Positions 11,204 to 22,697 of a stretch of 36,989 bases of DNA are shown here, one piece after another. This DNA comes from Octopus bimaculoides. Taxonomy: Eukaryota. Under the pieces are notes generated by a model. It had not been told where the DNA came from. It worked only from the letters and a program-made list of their open reading frames with translations, and did not search any database. The stretch is from positions 68,519,838 through 68,556,826 of the forward strand of contig NC_068991.1 in assembly GCF_001194135.2 (NCBI RefSeq), written 5' to 3'. A program made the position numbers and the translations under genes. The stretch's first letter is position 1. Each line of letters begins with the position of its first letter.

Positions 11204-11587
11204 GTTGTTGGCACTCCGTCGCTTACGACGACGAGGGTTCCAATTGATCCGATCAACGGAACAGCCTGCTCGTGAAATTATCGTGCAAGTGACTGAGCAC
11301 TCCACAGACACGTGTACCCTTAACGTAGTTCTCGGGGATATTCAGCGTGACACAGTGTGACAAGGTTGACCCTTTGAAATACAGGCACAACAGAAACAGG
11401 AAAAAAGAGTGAGAGAAAGTTGTGGTGAAAGAGTACAGCAGGGTTCGCCACCATCCCCTGCCGGAGCGTCGTGGGACTTTAGGTGTTTTCACTCAATAAA
11501 CACTCACAACGCCCTGTCTGGGAATCGAAACCGCGATCCTATGGCCGCGAGTCCGCTGCCCTAACCACTGGGCCATTGCGCCTCCAC
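11204..11587 (-). mobile_element. Full-length tRNA-derived SINE, family B, with 11-bp TSD
   Basis: Minus strand: GTGGAGGCGCAATGGCCCAGTGG (A box), GGTTTCGATTCCC (B box), body, and GTGCCAACAAC tail. TSD CATACATTCAT at 11193-11203 and 11589-11599. Homologous to 22698 and 29875. Confidence 0.92.
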
Positions 11588-12114
11588 TCATACATTCATA
11601 AATGCATACATACATACATACATACATGCATAAATACATACATACGTACATACATACATACACACACAAATACCCTGTTAATATGGTTGAAATTTCAATG
11701 AAGGAATCTTGGATCTAGGTTAGAAACCGGCTCTTTCTCTCTTGGCCAGAAATCTCGAAATAAAACTGAGCAATGTCATATGTTATACATACATGCTTAC
11801 TTACACATATGGATTGAGAGCAGGCTCATGTATGTATACATATATATATACTGCATGAGAAAGTAATGTCTATAGAATGTGTTCCCAGAGCCAAAATTGG
11901 AAGAGGTTTAAGAAAACTATATAGACAGAAAAAAACAACTTTCATTTGCACATGAAGTACAGAGTTGGCGATGATGATGATGATGACATATGTATGTCTG
12001 TGTGTATGTGTGTGTGTGTATGATGCATATATATATATATGTATATATATATAATTTTAAACATCTTATATGACTATATATCTATCTATATATATAAATA
12101 TATAGATTATCTTA

Positions 12115-12157
<43 letters not shown>

Positions 12158-12502
12158 NNNNNNNNNNNNNNNNNNNNNNNNNNNNNNNNNNNNNNNNNNN
12201 NNNNNNNNNNNNNNNNNNNNNNNNNNNNNNNNNNNNNNNNNNNNNNNNNNNNNNNNNNNNNNNNNNNNNNNNNNNNNNNNNNNNNNNNNNNNNNNNNNNN
12301 NNNNNNNNNNNNNNNNNNNNNNNNNNNNNNNNNNNNNNNNNNNNNNNNNNNNNNNNNNNNNNNNNNNNNNNNNNNNNNNNNNNNNNNNNNNNNNNNNNNN
12401 NNNNNNNNNNNNNNNNNNNNNNNNNNNNNNNNNNNNNNNNNNNNNNNNNNNNNNNNNNNNNNNNNNNNNNNNNNNNNNNNNNNNNNNNNNNNNNNNNNNN
12501 NN

Positions 12503-12547
<45 letters not shown>

Positions 12548-12597
12548 TACGTATATACATACCTACTTGCCTATATATATATACATAGATGAGCACG

Positions 12598-12701
<104 letters not shown>

Positions 12702-13814
12702 TAATACACAACCATTTGCGTTTGGCTGCGTATGTATGTTTATTCTCAGACTGGAGTAGGGCTGGGGTTTCGCGCCGTTGCATAAATTACAGGGTCTTAC
12801 GCAGCGCGAAATTTTGTCACAATGAAGTAAAATTTGGCGTCAAAATTCTGTCGGAAAACCCGAAATTATCAAATGCGGATGATCATTTGCCCTCTTGAAA
12901 ATAGCATAACAACCGAATAACATTTTAGCGCAAATTTGTCCGGCCTACACGGCAAGACCTTCCCCACTCTCCTCTACCCCTGTACTTCACCTGGTTCACT
13001 CCTTCGTTCAGTTCCTATCACCATTCTTCATACCCACTTATTGCAGCAGCTTTTCACTTTCCAGCTGCAATAAAACGAAGAGCGATGTATAAGCAACTAG
13101 CAATGTGTCCATAATGCTTGTTCTGTTCATTAACACATAACGCCGCGTCTGAAAACTCACACTTTCACTCCGTGTCACTCACTACTTGCGTACACACACA
13201 CACACATGCACACACATACATGCATATGCATACATGCATATGCACACGCACACATGCATATGCATATGCATAGGCGCAATCGCCACCGCTACTACCACCA
13301 CCAATACTACAATTACTACTTCATCAAATTGACACGCCGGTACATCAGCATACTATCGCTATATCATCACGTCATACCACGCTACTATAATACAGCGCGC
13401 CACCACCACCACCATCACCACCACCACCACCACCACCACCANNNNNNNNNNNNNNNNNNNNNNNNNNNNNNNNNNNNNNNNNNNNNNNNNNNNNNNNNNN
13501 NNNNNNNNNNNNNNNNNNNNNNNNNNNNNNNNNNNNNNNNNNNNNNNNNNNNNNNNNNNNNNNNNNNNNNNNNNNNNNNNNNNNNNNNNNNNNNNNNNNN
13601 NNNNNNNNNNNNNNNNNNNNNNNNNNNNNNNNNNNNNNNNNNNNNNNNNNNNNNNNNNNNNNNNNNNNNNNNNNNNNNNNNNNNNNNNNNNNNNNNNNNN
13701 NNNNNNNNNNNNNNNNNNNNNNNNNNNNNNNNNNNNNNNNNNNNNNNNNNNNNNNNNNNNNNNNNNNNNNNNNNNNNNNNNNNNNNNNNNNNNNNNNNNN
13801 NNNNNNNNNNNNNC

Positions 13815-13985
13815 AGCACCACCACCACCACGACAACGACCACGACCACGACCACTACCACCACCACTACCACAACCACCACAACCACCACCACTACCAC
13901 CACCACCGCCGCCACAACCAATACTAACACTACCATCACCACCACCAACAACAACAACAACAACTTCACCATCTCCATCACCATC
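13815..13985. repeat. (ACC)/(AAC)n trinucleotide low-complexity tract
   Basis: Directly visible. Related tracts lie at 13401-13441, 6235-6300 ((AGC)/(AAC)) and about 16288-16390 ((CCG)/(ACT)). Confidence 0.9.
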
Positions 13986-15468
13986 CTAAAAGCTATTGGT
14001 TCGTCTATAGCACACCATACTGTTAAAGAACTGCACCACTACCACGAACATCACCATCATGATCATTACCACCATCACCATCATCACTACCACCACTGCC
14101 ACCAACATGAATAACAACGCAACCACCACCACCGCCATCAACGCCAGCACTACCACCAGCATGACTTCTACATTAAGGCACATCGCTTATTAACATCGAT
14201 ATTACCTGGTCAAAAATAATCGACGAGGAAGTAAACGTGATACCAATCACCATCATAAATCATTAACGCATGAAGCAAAGCAGGCGAATTATATGGGAAG
14301 GCCATGGCTGGAGGTAAATTGATGTCTGAAAACAACAACGACAACACCAACAACAACAACAAACTAGAAATATTGTCAAAATTTAAATCGCTATATACCG
14401 TCTTAAAACAAAGAACACACACTTACAGGTGCACGCACACGTACGTACATACATACATACACACACACACACATACATATATATTTCTATATGTACATCT
14501 AGATCTAAATATATATATATATATATATATATANNNNNNNNNNNNNNNNNNNNNNNNNNNNNNNNNNNNNNNNNNNNNNNNNNNNNNNNNNNNNNNNNNN
14601 NNNNNNNNNNNNNNNNNNNNNNNNNNNNNNNNNNNNNNNNNNNNNNNNNNNNNNNNNNNNNNNNNNNNNNNNNNNNNNNNNNNNNNNNNNNNNNNNNNNN
14701 NNNNNNNNNNNNNNNNNNNNNNNNNNNNNNNNNNNNNNNNNNNNNNNNNNNNNNNNNNNNNNNNNNNNNNNNNNNNNNNNNNNNNNNNNNNNNNNNNNNN
14801 NNNNNNNNNNNNNNNNNNNNNNNNNNNNNNNNNNNNNNNNNNNNNNNNNNNNNNNNNNNNNNNNNNNNNNNNNNNNNNNNNNNNNNNNNNNNNNNNNNNN
14901 NNNNNNNNNNNNNNNNNNNNNNNNNNNNNNNNNNNNNNNNNNNNNNNNNNNNNNNNNNNNNNNNNNNNNNNNNNNNNNNNNNNNNNNNNNNNNNNNNNNN
15001 NNNNNNNNNNNNNNNNNNNNNNNNNNNNNNNNNNNNNNNNNNNNNNNNNNNNNNNNNNNNNNNNNNNNNNNNNNNNNNNNNNNNNNNNNNNNNNNNNNNN
15101 NNNNNNNNNNNNNNNNNNNNNNNNNNNNNNNNNNNNNNNNNNNNNNNNNNNNNNNNNNNNNNNNNNNNNNNNNNNNNNNNNNNNNNNNNNNNNNNNNNNN
15201 NNNNNNNNNNNNNNNNNNNNNNNNNNNNNNNNNNNNNNNNNNNNNNNNNNNNNNNNNNNNNNNNNNNNNNNNNNNNNNNNNNNNNNNNNNNNNNNNNNNN
15301 NNNNNNNNNNNNNNNNNNNNNNNNNNNNNNNNNNNNNNNNNNNNNNNNNNNNNNNNNNNNNNNNNNNNNNNNNNNNNNNNNNNNNNNNNNNNNNNNNNNN
15401 NNNNNNNNNNNNNNNNNNNNNNNNNNNNNNNNNNNNNNNNNNNNNNNNNNNNNNNNNNNNNNNNNNNN

Positions 15469-15492
15469 TGTCATCATCATCATCATCACCAC

Positions 15493-15529
<37 letters not shown>

Positions 15530-15629
15530 TTCATCATCATCAGTCCTCCTCCTCATTCCCTTATTCTTCACCTTAATGGTCCCCCTCCTCCTCCTCCTCC
15601 TCCTCCTCCTCCTCCTCTTCGCATCATTA

Positions 15630-15665
<36 letters not shown>
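15469..15665. repeat. Compound (CAT)n-(CCT)n-(CGT)n microsatellite
   Basis: Directly visible. Confidence 0.95.
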
Positions 15666-15666
<1 letters not shown>

Positions 15667-16142
15667 TCTCGACAAACACACCGAACTCCAAATGTGAAGT
15701 GGTTGAGCGAACGTCATTGATTAACCATCACAGTTTGTTACGTTGCTTTGACGTCATTTTGTTGTGGGTCATTAGTGGAACCCCAGTCACAATGGCGACC
15801 AGAGCTGCTGCTGTTACTGCTACCACTTCTACTACTACTGCTGCTGCTGCTGTTAGCGATGATGATAGCGGTGGTAGTATTGATGAGGATGACAACGACG
15901 GTGGTGACACTTTTGGTGGTGGTGGTCGGGGAAACGATGGTGCTGGTGATGGTGGTTGCTTTATGGTGGGCGTAGAGTTGGAATAATGGTACAGTGCGCA
16001 GCCTCTGTCTTAGATAGCGTCTCACTATCTTCGTTTCACCTTGTCCTTCACTAACTACCCCGAATTTGAATACCCACCGCCAAGACACCCTCAAACAGAT
16101 TTATAACATCGCAAACACACATTTACATAAACATGCAGACAC

Positions 16143-16185
<43 letters not shown>

Positions 16186-16247
16186 NNNNNNNNNNTACCT
16201 TGTGGTATTTCATCATGGCCGGTATGACAGACTGTAACAGACTATTA

Positions 16248-16270
16248 CCGAACCGCTAAGTTACGGGGAC
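16248..16270 (-). mobile_element. Small fragment of SINE family A
   Basis: CCGAACCGCTAAGTTACGGGGAC matches the family A segment at about 30707-30728. Confidence 0.55.
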
Positions 16271-16342
16271 ATCACAGCATAAACACCGCCGCCGCCGCCA
16301 CCATTATTACCATCACCACTACTGCCACTACCACCAACACCG

Positions 16343-16391
<49 letters not shown>

Positions 16392-16545
16392 CAATGCTTT
16401 CCCTCTCGCAAATACTTTTCCACTTTCCATTCTATCCATCCCGTCATCCCACCTCCCCCATTCGCACGTTTTTTTCAACGCCCTCCGCCTCACCCGCTTC
16501 GCCTTTACTCGCACTGTGTGATGGTTCCAGCGTCATTCAGAAACA

Positions 16546-16562
16546 ATCATCATCATCGTCAC

Positions 16563-16594
<32 letters not shown>

Positions 16595-16598
16595 CCAC

Positions 16599-16638
<40 letters not shown>

Positions 16639-16712
16639 GTCATCGTCATCAGCATCATCATCAGCATCATCATCATCATCATCATCATCGTCATCATCAT
16701 CATCATCACCAC

Positions 16713-16753
<41 letters not shown>

Positions 16754-16811
16754 CCACCATCATCATCATCATCATCATCATCATCATTGTCATCATCATC
16801 ATCATCACCAC

Positions 16812-16842
<31 letters not shown>
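16546..16842. repeat. (CAT)n microsatellite
   Basis: Directly visible. It produces the poly-H, poly-S, poly-D and poly-M ORFs. Confidence 0.97.
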
Positions 16843-17634
16843 NNNNNNNNNNNNNNNNNNNNNNNNNNNNNNNNNNNNNNNNNNNNNNNNNNNNNNNNNN
16901 NNNNNNNNNNNNNNNNNNNNNNNNNNNNNNNNNNNNNNNNNNNNNNNNNNNNNNNNNNNNNNNNNNNNNNNNNNNNNNNNNNNNNNNNNNNNNNNNNNNN
17001 NNNNNNNNNNNNNNNNNNNNNNNNNNNNNNNNNNNNNNNNNNNNNNNNNNNNNNNNNNNNNNNNNNNNNNNNNNNNNNNNNNNNNNNNNNNNNNNNNNNN
17101 NNNNNNNNNNNNNNNNNNNNNNNNNNNNNNNNNNNNNNNNNNNNNNNNNNNNNNNNNNNNNNNNNNNNNNNNNNNNNNNNNNNNNNNNNNNNNNNNNNNN
17201 NNNNNNNNNNNNNNNNNNNNNNNNNNNNNNNNNNNNNNNNNNNNNNNNNNNNNNNNNNNNNNNNNNNNNNNNNNNNNNNNNNNNNNNNNNNNNNNNNNNN
17301 NNNNNNNNNNNNNNNNNNNNNNNNNNNNNNNNNNNNNNNNNNNNNNNNNNNNNNNNNNNNNNNNNNNNNNNNNNNNNNNNNNNNNNNNNNNNNNNNNNNN
17401 NNNNNNNNNNNNNNNNNNNNNNNNNNNNNNNNNNNNNNNNNNNNNNNNNNNNNNNNNNNNNNNNNNNNNNNNNNNNNNNNNNNNNNNNNNNNNNNNNNNN
17501 NNNNNNNNNNNNNNNNNNNNNNNNNNNNNNNNNNNNNNNNNNNNNNNNNNNNNNNNNNNNNNNNNNNNNNNNNNNNNNNNNNNNNNNNNNNNNNNNNNNN
17601 NNNNNNNNNNNNNNNNNNNNNNNNNNNNNNNNNN

Positions 17635-17701
<67 letters not shown>

Positions 17702-18134
17702 ATGTATATATATATGGATGTATGTATGTATGTATGCACGTATGTATGAACTTGATTGTATAGGCTGTGAATCTCAAATTAACAGTCACGCGCACACAAT
17801 TTACCTTGATTGGTCCTTTCATCACCAGCAACTAACAGAATATATACATTCTATACAGTTGTTACCGATTCTTACAATGCAAACTACACACTACATAGCT
17901 CACGCATTCATTCGCCTTCCGACATTGAATTGCGCAGCACGAATTGCACAGCATTCCCCGATACACACTCAACAAGAGCAATCTACATTGTACGTATTAT
18001 ATATAACAGACACAATACTTTACTAACAAGAGAAACAATATAACACATCTTACATCAAAGAAAAATTGGTGAAATATTGAAATTTAGATCTAAGTGTCCA
18101 CAACAAATAACACTCATACATCTGAAATATATAT

Positions 18135-18597
18135 TTATTTCTTTATTGCGCACAGGGAGGTTAAACATAGAGAGGACAAACAACGAGGGATAAAGGCATT
18201 AAGTCGATTACATCGACCCCCAGTGCATAACTGGCACTTATTTAATCGATTCCCGAAAGGATGAAAGGCAAAGTCGACCTCGGTGGAATTTGAACTCAGA
18301 ACGTAAAGACAGACAAAAGACCGCTAAGCATTTCGCCCGGCGTGCTAACGTTTCTTATTTCTTTATTGCTAACATGGGGCTAAACATAGAGGGGACAAAC
18401 CAGGACAGACAGAGGGATTAAGTCAATTACATCCACCCCAGTGCGTAACTGGTACTTAATTTATCGACCCCGAAAGGATGAAAGGCAAAGTCGACCTCGG
18501 CGGAATTGAACGCAGAACGTAGCGACAGACGAAATACTGCTAAGCATTTCGCCCGGCGTGCTAACGTTTCTTATTTCTTTATTGCTAACATGGGGCT
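18135..18597 (-). mobile_element. Head-to-tail tandem array of SINE family C (2 full units plus the start of a third, then a gap)
   Basis: Unit 1 is 18135-18354, unit 2 is 18355-18570, and unit 3 starts at 18571. Each unit runs TTATTTCTTTATTG...GTCGACCTCGG(T/C)GGAATT...CATTTCGCCCGGCGTGCTAACGTTTC. Confidence 0.9.
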
Positions 18598-18654
18598 NNN
18601 NNNNNNNGAAAACTGCGAAAAACATGGCGGGCGAATAATAATAATAATAATAAT

Positions 18655-19010
18655 ATGGAACCTGAAGACAAAAACAATACCTATTTTCTTAGGTGCATTA
18701 GAAATGATAGCAAAAAGAGCTGATTGCTACCTAGCCCAGATACTAGGAAACCCGAAAATGGCAGAAATTCAAAAGATAGTGCTCATGGGAACTGCCCATA
18801 TCCTACGTAAAATACTGTCTATGTAATCTAACGTTTAAAAACAAACACAATTTTCTTATGGTTTCTTAAACATTCTCTAGGACAACACTATGTACAAAAC
18901 CAAATATATGGCACCCTAGGCATAACACCAACATGAACTTCTAACATGTTGTCTCTTGAGGTCTCTGGGTGAGACATGGAACCAGCTTGTAAAGCAAAAG
19001 TCAAACATGA
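18655..19010 (+). mobile_element. 5'-truncated R4/Dong-like non-LTR retrotransposon (RLE C-terminus plus 3' UTR) inside (AAT)n
   Basis: 18656-18826 translates as WNLKTKTIPIFLGALEMIAKRADCYLAQILGNPKMAEIQKIVLMGTAHILRKILSM*. This matches the W..K...IPI.IGALG...IQK..LLGTA.ILR..L C-terminal signature of restriction-like-endonuclease R4/Dong elements. Flanked by (AAT)7 at 18634-18654 and (AAT)20 at 19011-19070. Confidence 0.82.
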
Positions 19011-19070
<60 letters not shown>

Positions 19071-19073
<3 letters not shown>

Positions 19074-19208
19074 AATCCTTTTTACTATAGGCACAAGACC
19101 TGAAATTTTGGGGGAGGAGACTAGTCAATTACATCGACATCAGTGTTTCACTGGTACTTACTTCATCGACCCTGAAAGGATGAAAGGTAAAGTCGACCTC
19201 GGGCTGGA
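19071..19208 (-). mobile_element. SINE family C copy, 5'-truncated
   Basis: CTATAGGCACAAGACCTGAAATTTTGG...ATTACATCGACATCAGTGTTTCACTGGTACTT...GAAAGGATGAAAGGTAAAGTCGACCTCGG. Confidence 0.85.
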
Positions 19209-19263
19209 ATAATAATGATAATAATTACAACAGTAACAACAATAATGATATTTTATATATAGG

Positions 19264-19287
19264 CCGCCGAGGTCGACTTTGCCTTTC
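19264..19287 (+). mobile_element. 24-bp family C fragment in the opposite orientation
   Basis: CCGCCGAGGTCGACTTTGCCTTTC is the reverse complement of GAAAGGCAAAGTCGACCTCGGCGG at about 18480-18503. Confidence 0.65.
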
Positions 19288-19650
19288 GAATACAATTGGA
19301 CGGTTTCAATTGTATTCGAAAAGGAGCTGCTTATGTCCGTTTTCCGTTTGCAAGTCAGCCAGCAAGGAAGCTCACGTTTTAACATGAACTTTCTATTATG
19401 AGTGCAGCGACTAAAAATCTCACTTTTTGAATTTAACTACGCACCCACATCAAACGAATGTTTTTGGGGGATCCTTGGTCTCTCAGCCAAGCAAAGTCTA
19501 CATCTTCTGCTTCCGCCAAGGTATGGCCCAGGCTTTACCAGGAGCTTCCATTTATTCCTATATGGCATTCCCTCTTTTTAAAGCGTCTATATGTAGTTGG
19601 TCAATAACGCAACGTTATGGTATTGGCCAACTATATTGCGAAGTCGAATG

Positions 19651-19702
<52 letters not shown>

Positions 19703-19793
19703 ATGAATTCAAAGGTAAAATGCTGACGGACCATAACGAAGGACTGCATAAAATGATACTCCTGAAAAGCATTTTCATGGAGTGTGCTTTTTT

Positions 19794-19829
<36 letters not shown>

Positions 19830-20113
19830 GAGGCTGATAAACATCTGTTAAGCCTCTTACAAAAATATTCCCAAGTTAAGAAATATCGAGAAGAGAGCAG
19901 CGATAGTTGGAAACGATATCAGCTGTAGCGGAATCAAATATTCACACGTCCCTCAGGTGTGTGCTTGCCATAACAAGTTATACGTTATTTAAATCTGAAA
20001 CGAATTATTTGAACAATGCTATCCGATCCATTAAATGAGGCAAGATTTTATTAAATATAAATGAATAGAAAAAAATAGTTGGTGTATAAACATCTTGTTT
20101 GTACGAGTGTGTA

Positions 20114-20114
<1 letters not shown>

Positions 20115-20150
<36 letters not shown>

Positions 20151-20185
20151 GTCTGCCTATTTGTCGATCTACCTACCTACCTATT

Positions 20186-20225
<40 letters not shown>

Positions 20226-20244
20226 CCCCCTCTCTCTTCCCCCC
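20115..20244. repeat. Compound (TATC)n-(CCTA)-(TCTG)n-(TC)n microsatellite
   Basis: Directly visible. Similar compound tetranucleotide tracts lie at 16142-16185, 25490-25626 and 33119-33322; (GA)n lies at about 23584-23645. Confidence 0.93.
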
Positions 20245-21025
20245 NNNNNNNNNNNNNNNNNNNNNNNNNNNNNNNNNNNNNNNNNNNNNNNNNNNNNNNN
20301 NNNNNNNNNNNNNNNNNNNNNNNNNNNNNNNNNNNNNNNNNNNNNNNNNNNNNNNNNNNNNNNNNNNNNNNNNNNNNNNNNNNNNNNNNNNNNNNNNNNN
20401 NNNNNNNNNNNNNNNNNNNNNNNNNNNNNNNNNNNNNNNNNNNNNNNNNNNNNNNNNNNNNNNNNNNNNNNNNNNNNNNNNNNNNNNNNNNNNNNNNNNN
20501 NNNNNNNNNNNNNNNNNNNNNNNNNNNNNNNNNNNNNNNNNNNNNNNNNNNNNNNNNNNNNNNNNNNNNNNNNNNNNNNNNNNNNNNNNNNNNNNNNNNN
20601 NNNNNNNNNNNNNNNNNNNNNNNNNNNNNNNNNNNNNNNNNNNNNNNNNNNNNNNNNNNNNNNNNNNNNNNNNNNNNNNNNNNNNNNNNNNNNNNNNNNN
20701 NNNNNNNNNNNNNNNNNNNNNNNNNNNNNNNNNNNNNNNNNNNNNNNNNNNNNNNNNNNNNNNNNNNNNNNNNNNNNNNNNNNNNNNNNNNNNNNNNNNN
20801 NNNNNNNNNNNNNNNNNNNNNNNNNNNNNNNNNNNNNNNNNNNNNNNNNNNNNNNNNNNNNNNNNNNNNNNNNNNNNNNNNNNNNNNNNNNNNNNNNNNN
20901 NNNNNNNNNNNNNNNNNNNNNNNNNNNNNNNNNNNNNNNNNNNNNNNNNNNNNNNNNNNNNNNNNNNNNNNNNNNNNNNNNNNNNNNNNNNNNNNNNNNN
21001 NNNNNNNNNNNNNNNNNNNNNNNNN

Positions 21026-21062
<37 letters not shown>

Positions 21063-21696
21063 CATACACATTGTATATGTATACATCTACATATGTATGT
21101 ATATGTATGCAAACACTCAAATACTCTCCAGAATACTTATTGGACCGTAACAGAATTACAAAGCCACGATACGTCTGCTACATCATCGCACTAGATTTAG
21201 ACTGATAATGTTAAGACCAACGACAACACCACACGTGACGGTTACAGTAACCCCCCAAAAACAAAACAGAAGAATAGAAAAACGGGGAAGATATTTTCTG
21301 GGGAACAGAAAACGCTCTTATACAGACATAAATCTGTTACATCGACGAAAAAATTTTAAAAAAGAACGCACTTGAGTCCCTTGTTTTGGAAACGTCATGA
21401 GCGACTTGCCTACTTATCCATTAATCCATACATGGTTTTAAATATAAAAAAAAATACCCGAAACTTAGAAAAGCTGAATAACATTTTAAACCGGAACCAG
21501 GTAAGTTAAGTATGACTTTAAGTCGTAACTCACACAGAGCTGTATACACTAAAAGCTTTGTTCGATACTGAAGACTCGGAGTAACAATTGAATCCTCTTT
21601 TTCTTCACTTGTTTTTGTATGTCAGACATTTTACTTGTATTTTGTATGTCAAATTTTACCTTCTGAATATGTACGCAAGTATATTTTCAGTTGTGG

Positions 21697-21985
21697 GTGG
21701 GGGGACGCATGGCCTAGTGGTTAGGGTGTTGTACGGGGGAGATTGGTTTCGATTCCCAGACTGCGTGGAGCGTTGTGTTCTTCAGCAAACCGCACTATCT
21801 TGTGTTGCTCTGGGATCACTTCGACATCTAACGCATGGTAACACCCAGCGCACCTGTTCAGGTAACGTCTATTTGATGGATGGAGTGAGCTAATATACAA
21901 CACAAATCATTCGTGCAGGTCGCGCGGCAAAAGCTGAACACTCATTCGTAGTCTTCGACGGGAGACTGCGTCATCGTATTTTCAG
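21697..21985 (+). mobile_element. tRNA-derived SINE, family D (head related to family B)
   Basis: A box TGGCCTAGTGG (21710-21720) and B box GGTTTCGATTCCC (21745-21757) are identical to those of the family B copy at 22698. It then continues GCGTTGTGTTCTTCAGCAAA into a different body. The 3' limit is approximate. Confidence 0.7.
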
Positions 21986-22113
21986 TTAAAGTGTATTAAG
22001 AGAACATCTGAAAACGTATTTTCCTATTTTTATTTTCATGCCCAAAAGTAATTTCACTTTGAGTTAAATGGGTTAAACTCGTTTTGATGACACAAAACGG
22101 ATGTCTGTGTGTC

Positions 22114-22314
22114 TTTTATCTTTTACCTGTTACAGTCGTTAGACTATGGTCATGCTAGGGCACCGCCTTTCACTTTGTTTTCAGTCGAATGAATCGACCC
22201 CAGTACTTATTTTCTAAACCTGGTACTTATTCGATCGGTCTCTTTTGCCGAACTGCGAAGTCACAGAGACATAAACACACCAACATCGGTTGTCAGGTGA
22301 TGATGGTGGGGCTA

Positions 22315-22345
<31 letters not shown>

Positions 22346-22505
22346 TATATACGACGGGCGTCTTTCAGTTTCCATCTAACAAATCCATTCACAAGGCTTT
22401 GGTCGGCCCGAGGCTATAGTAGAAGACACTTGCCACACAAGGTGCCACACAGTGGGACTGAACCCGGAACCACGTGGTTGGTAAGCAAGCTTCTTACCAT
22501 ACAGA
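22114..22505 (-). mobile_element. tRNA-derived SINE, family A, with internal (CA)n/(TA)n
   Basis: Homologous along its length to 30565-31512 and 36697-36989: tail, AATCGACCCCAGT, CCGAAC..AAGT, internal microsatellite, ACGACGGG..CTTTCAGTTTCC..AAGGCTTTGGTCGGCCCGAGGCTATAGTAGAAGACACTTGCC, and tRNA-like head. Confidence 0.9.
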
Positions 22506-22697
22506 CGTTTTCCAATTTTTGATTATAACCATGAAGTTTAACTGATATTAAATATGAATGTTGATCACATTTTCCGTCTCCATTTTCTACGAGGATGATG
22601 GATGCATACAAAACCAAATGTACGGCATATAAAACAAATAAGACATGGATATCTAAGGTATCTAAGTGACCATTTTATTTACCTTTATATAGCTTAC

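Noticed and set aside
11500-11587. tRNA genes at the SINE heads (also 22698, 29875, 31440 and 36697)
   Set aside because: A and B boxes are present, but each continues into a shared SINE body with tail and TSD and has no complete acceptor stem; these are tRNA-derived SINE heads, not tRNA genes.
11690-11780. Segment resembling another repeat 3' end (GGATCTAGGTTAGAAACCGG...)
   Set aside because: Single copy in the window; the resemblance is from memory only. The same applies to 31520-31620.
13038-13073. 10-bp inverted repeat TTATTGCAGC / GCTGCAATAA with a 16-nt loop
   Set aside because: A 10-bp stem with a short loop is expected about once by chance in this much sequence, and it has no supporting context.
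12716-13200. CpG-richer unique-looking segment, possibly a transposon end or promoter
   Set aside because: No TIR, TSD, ORF or second copy in the window to support a call.
15700-15760. CRE palindrome TGACGTCA (15749-15756) with nearby ACGT cores
   Set aside because: Short motifs alone do not establish a regulatory element; this needs conservation or chromatin data.
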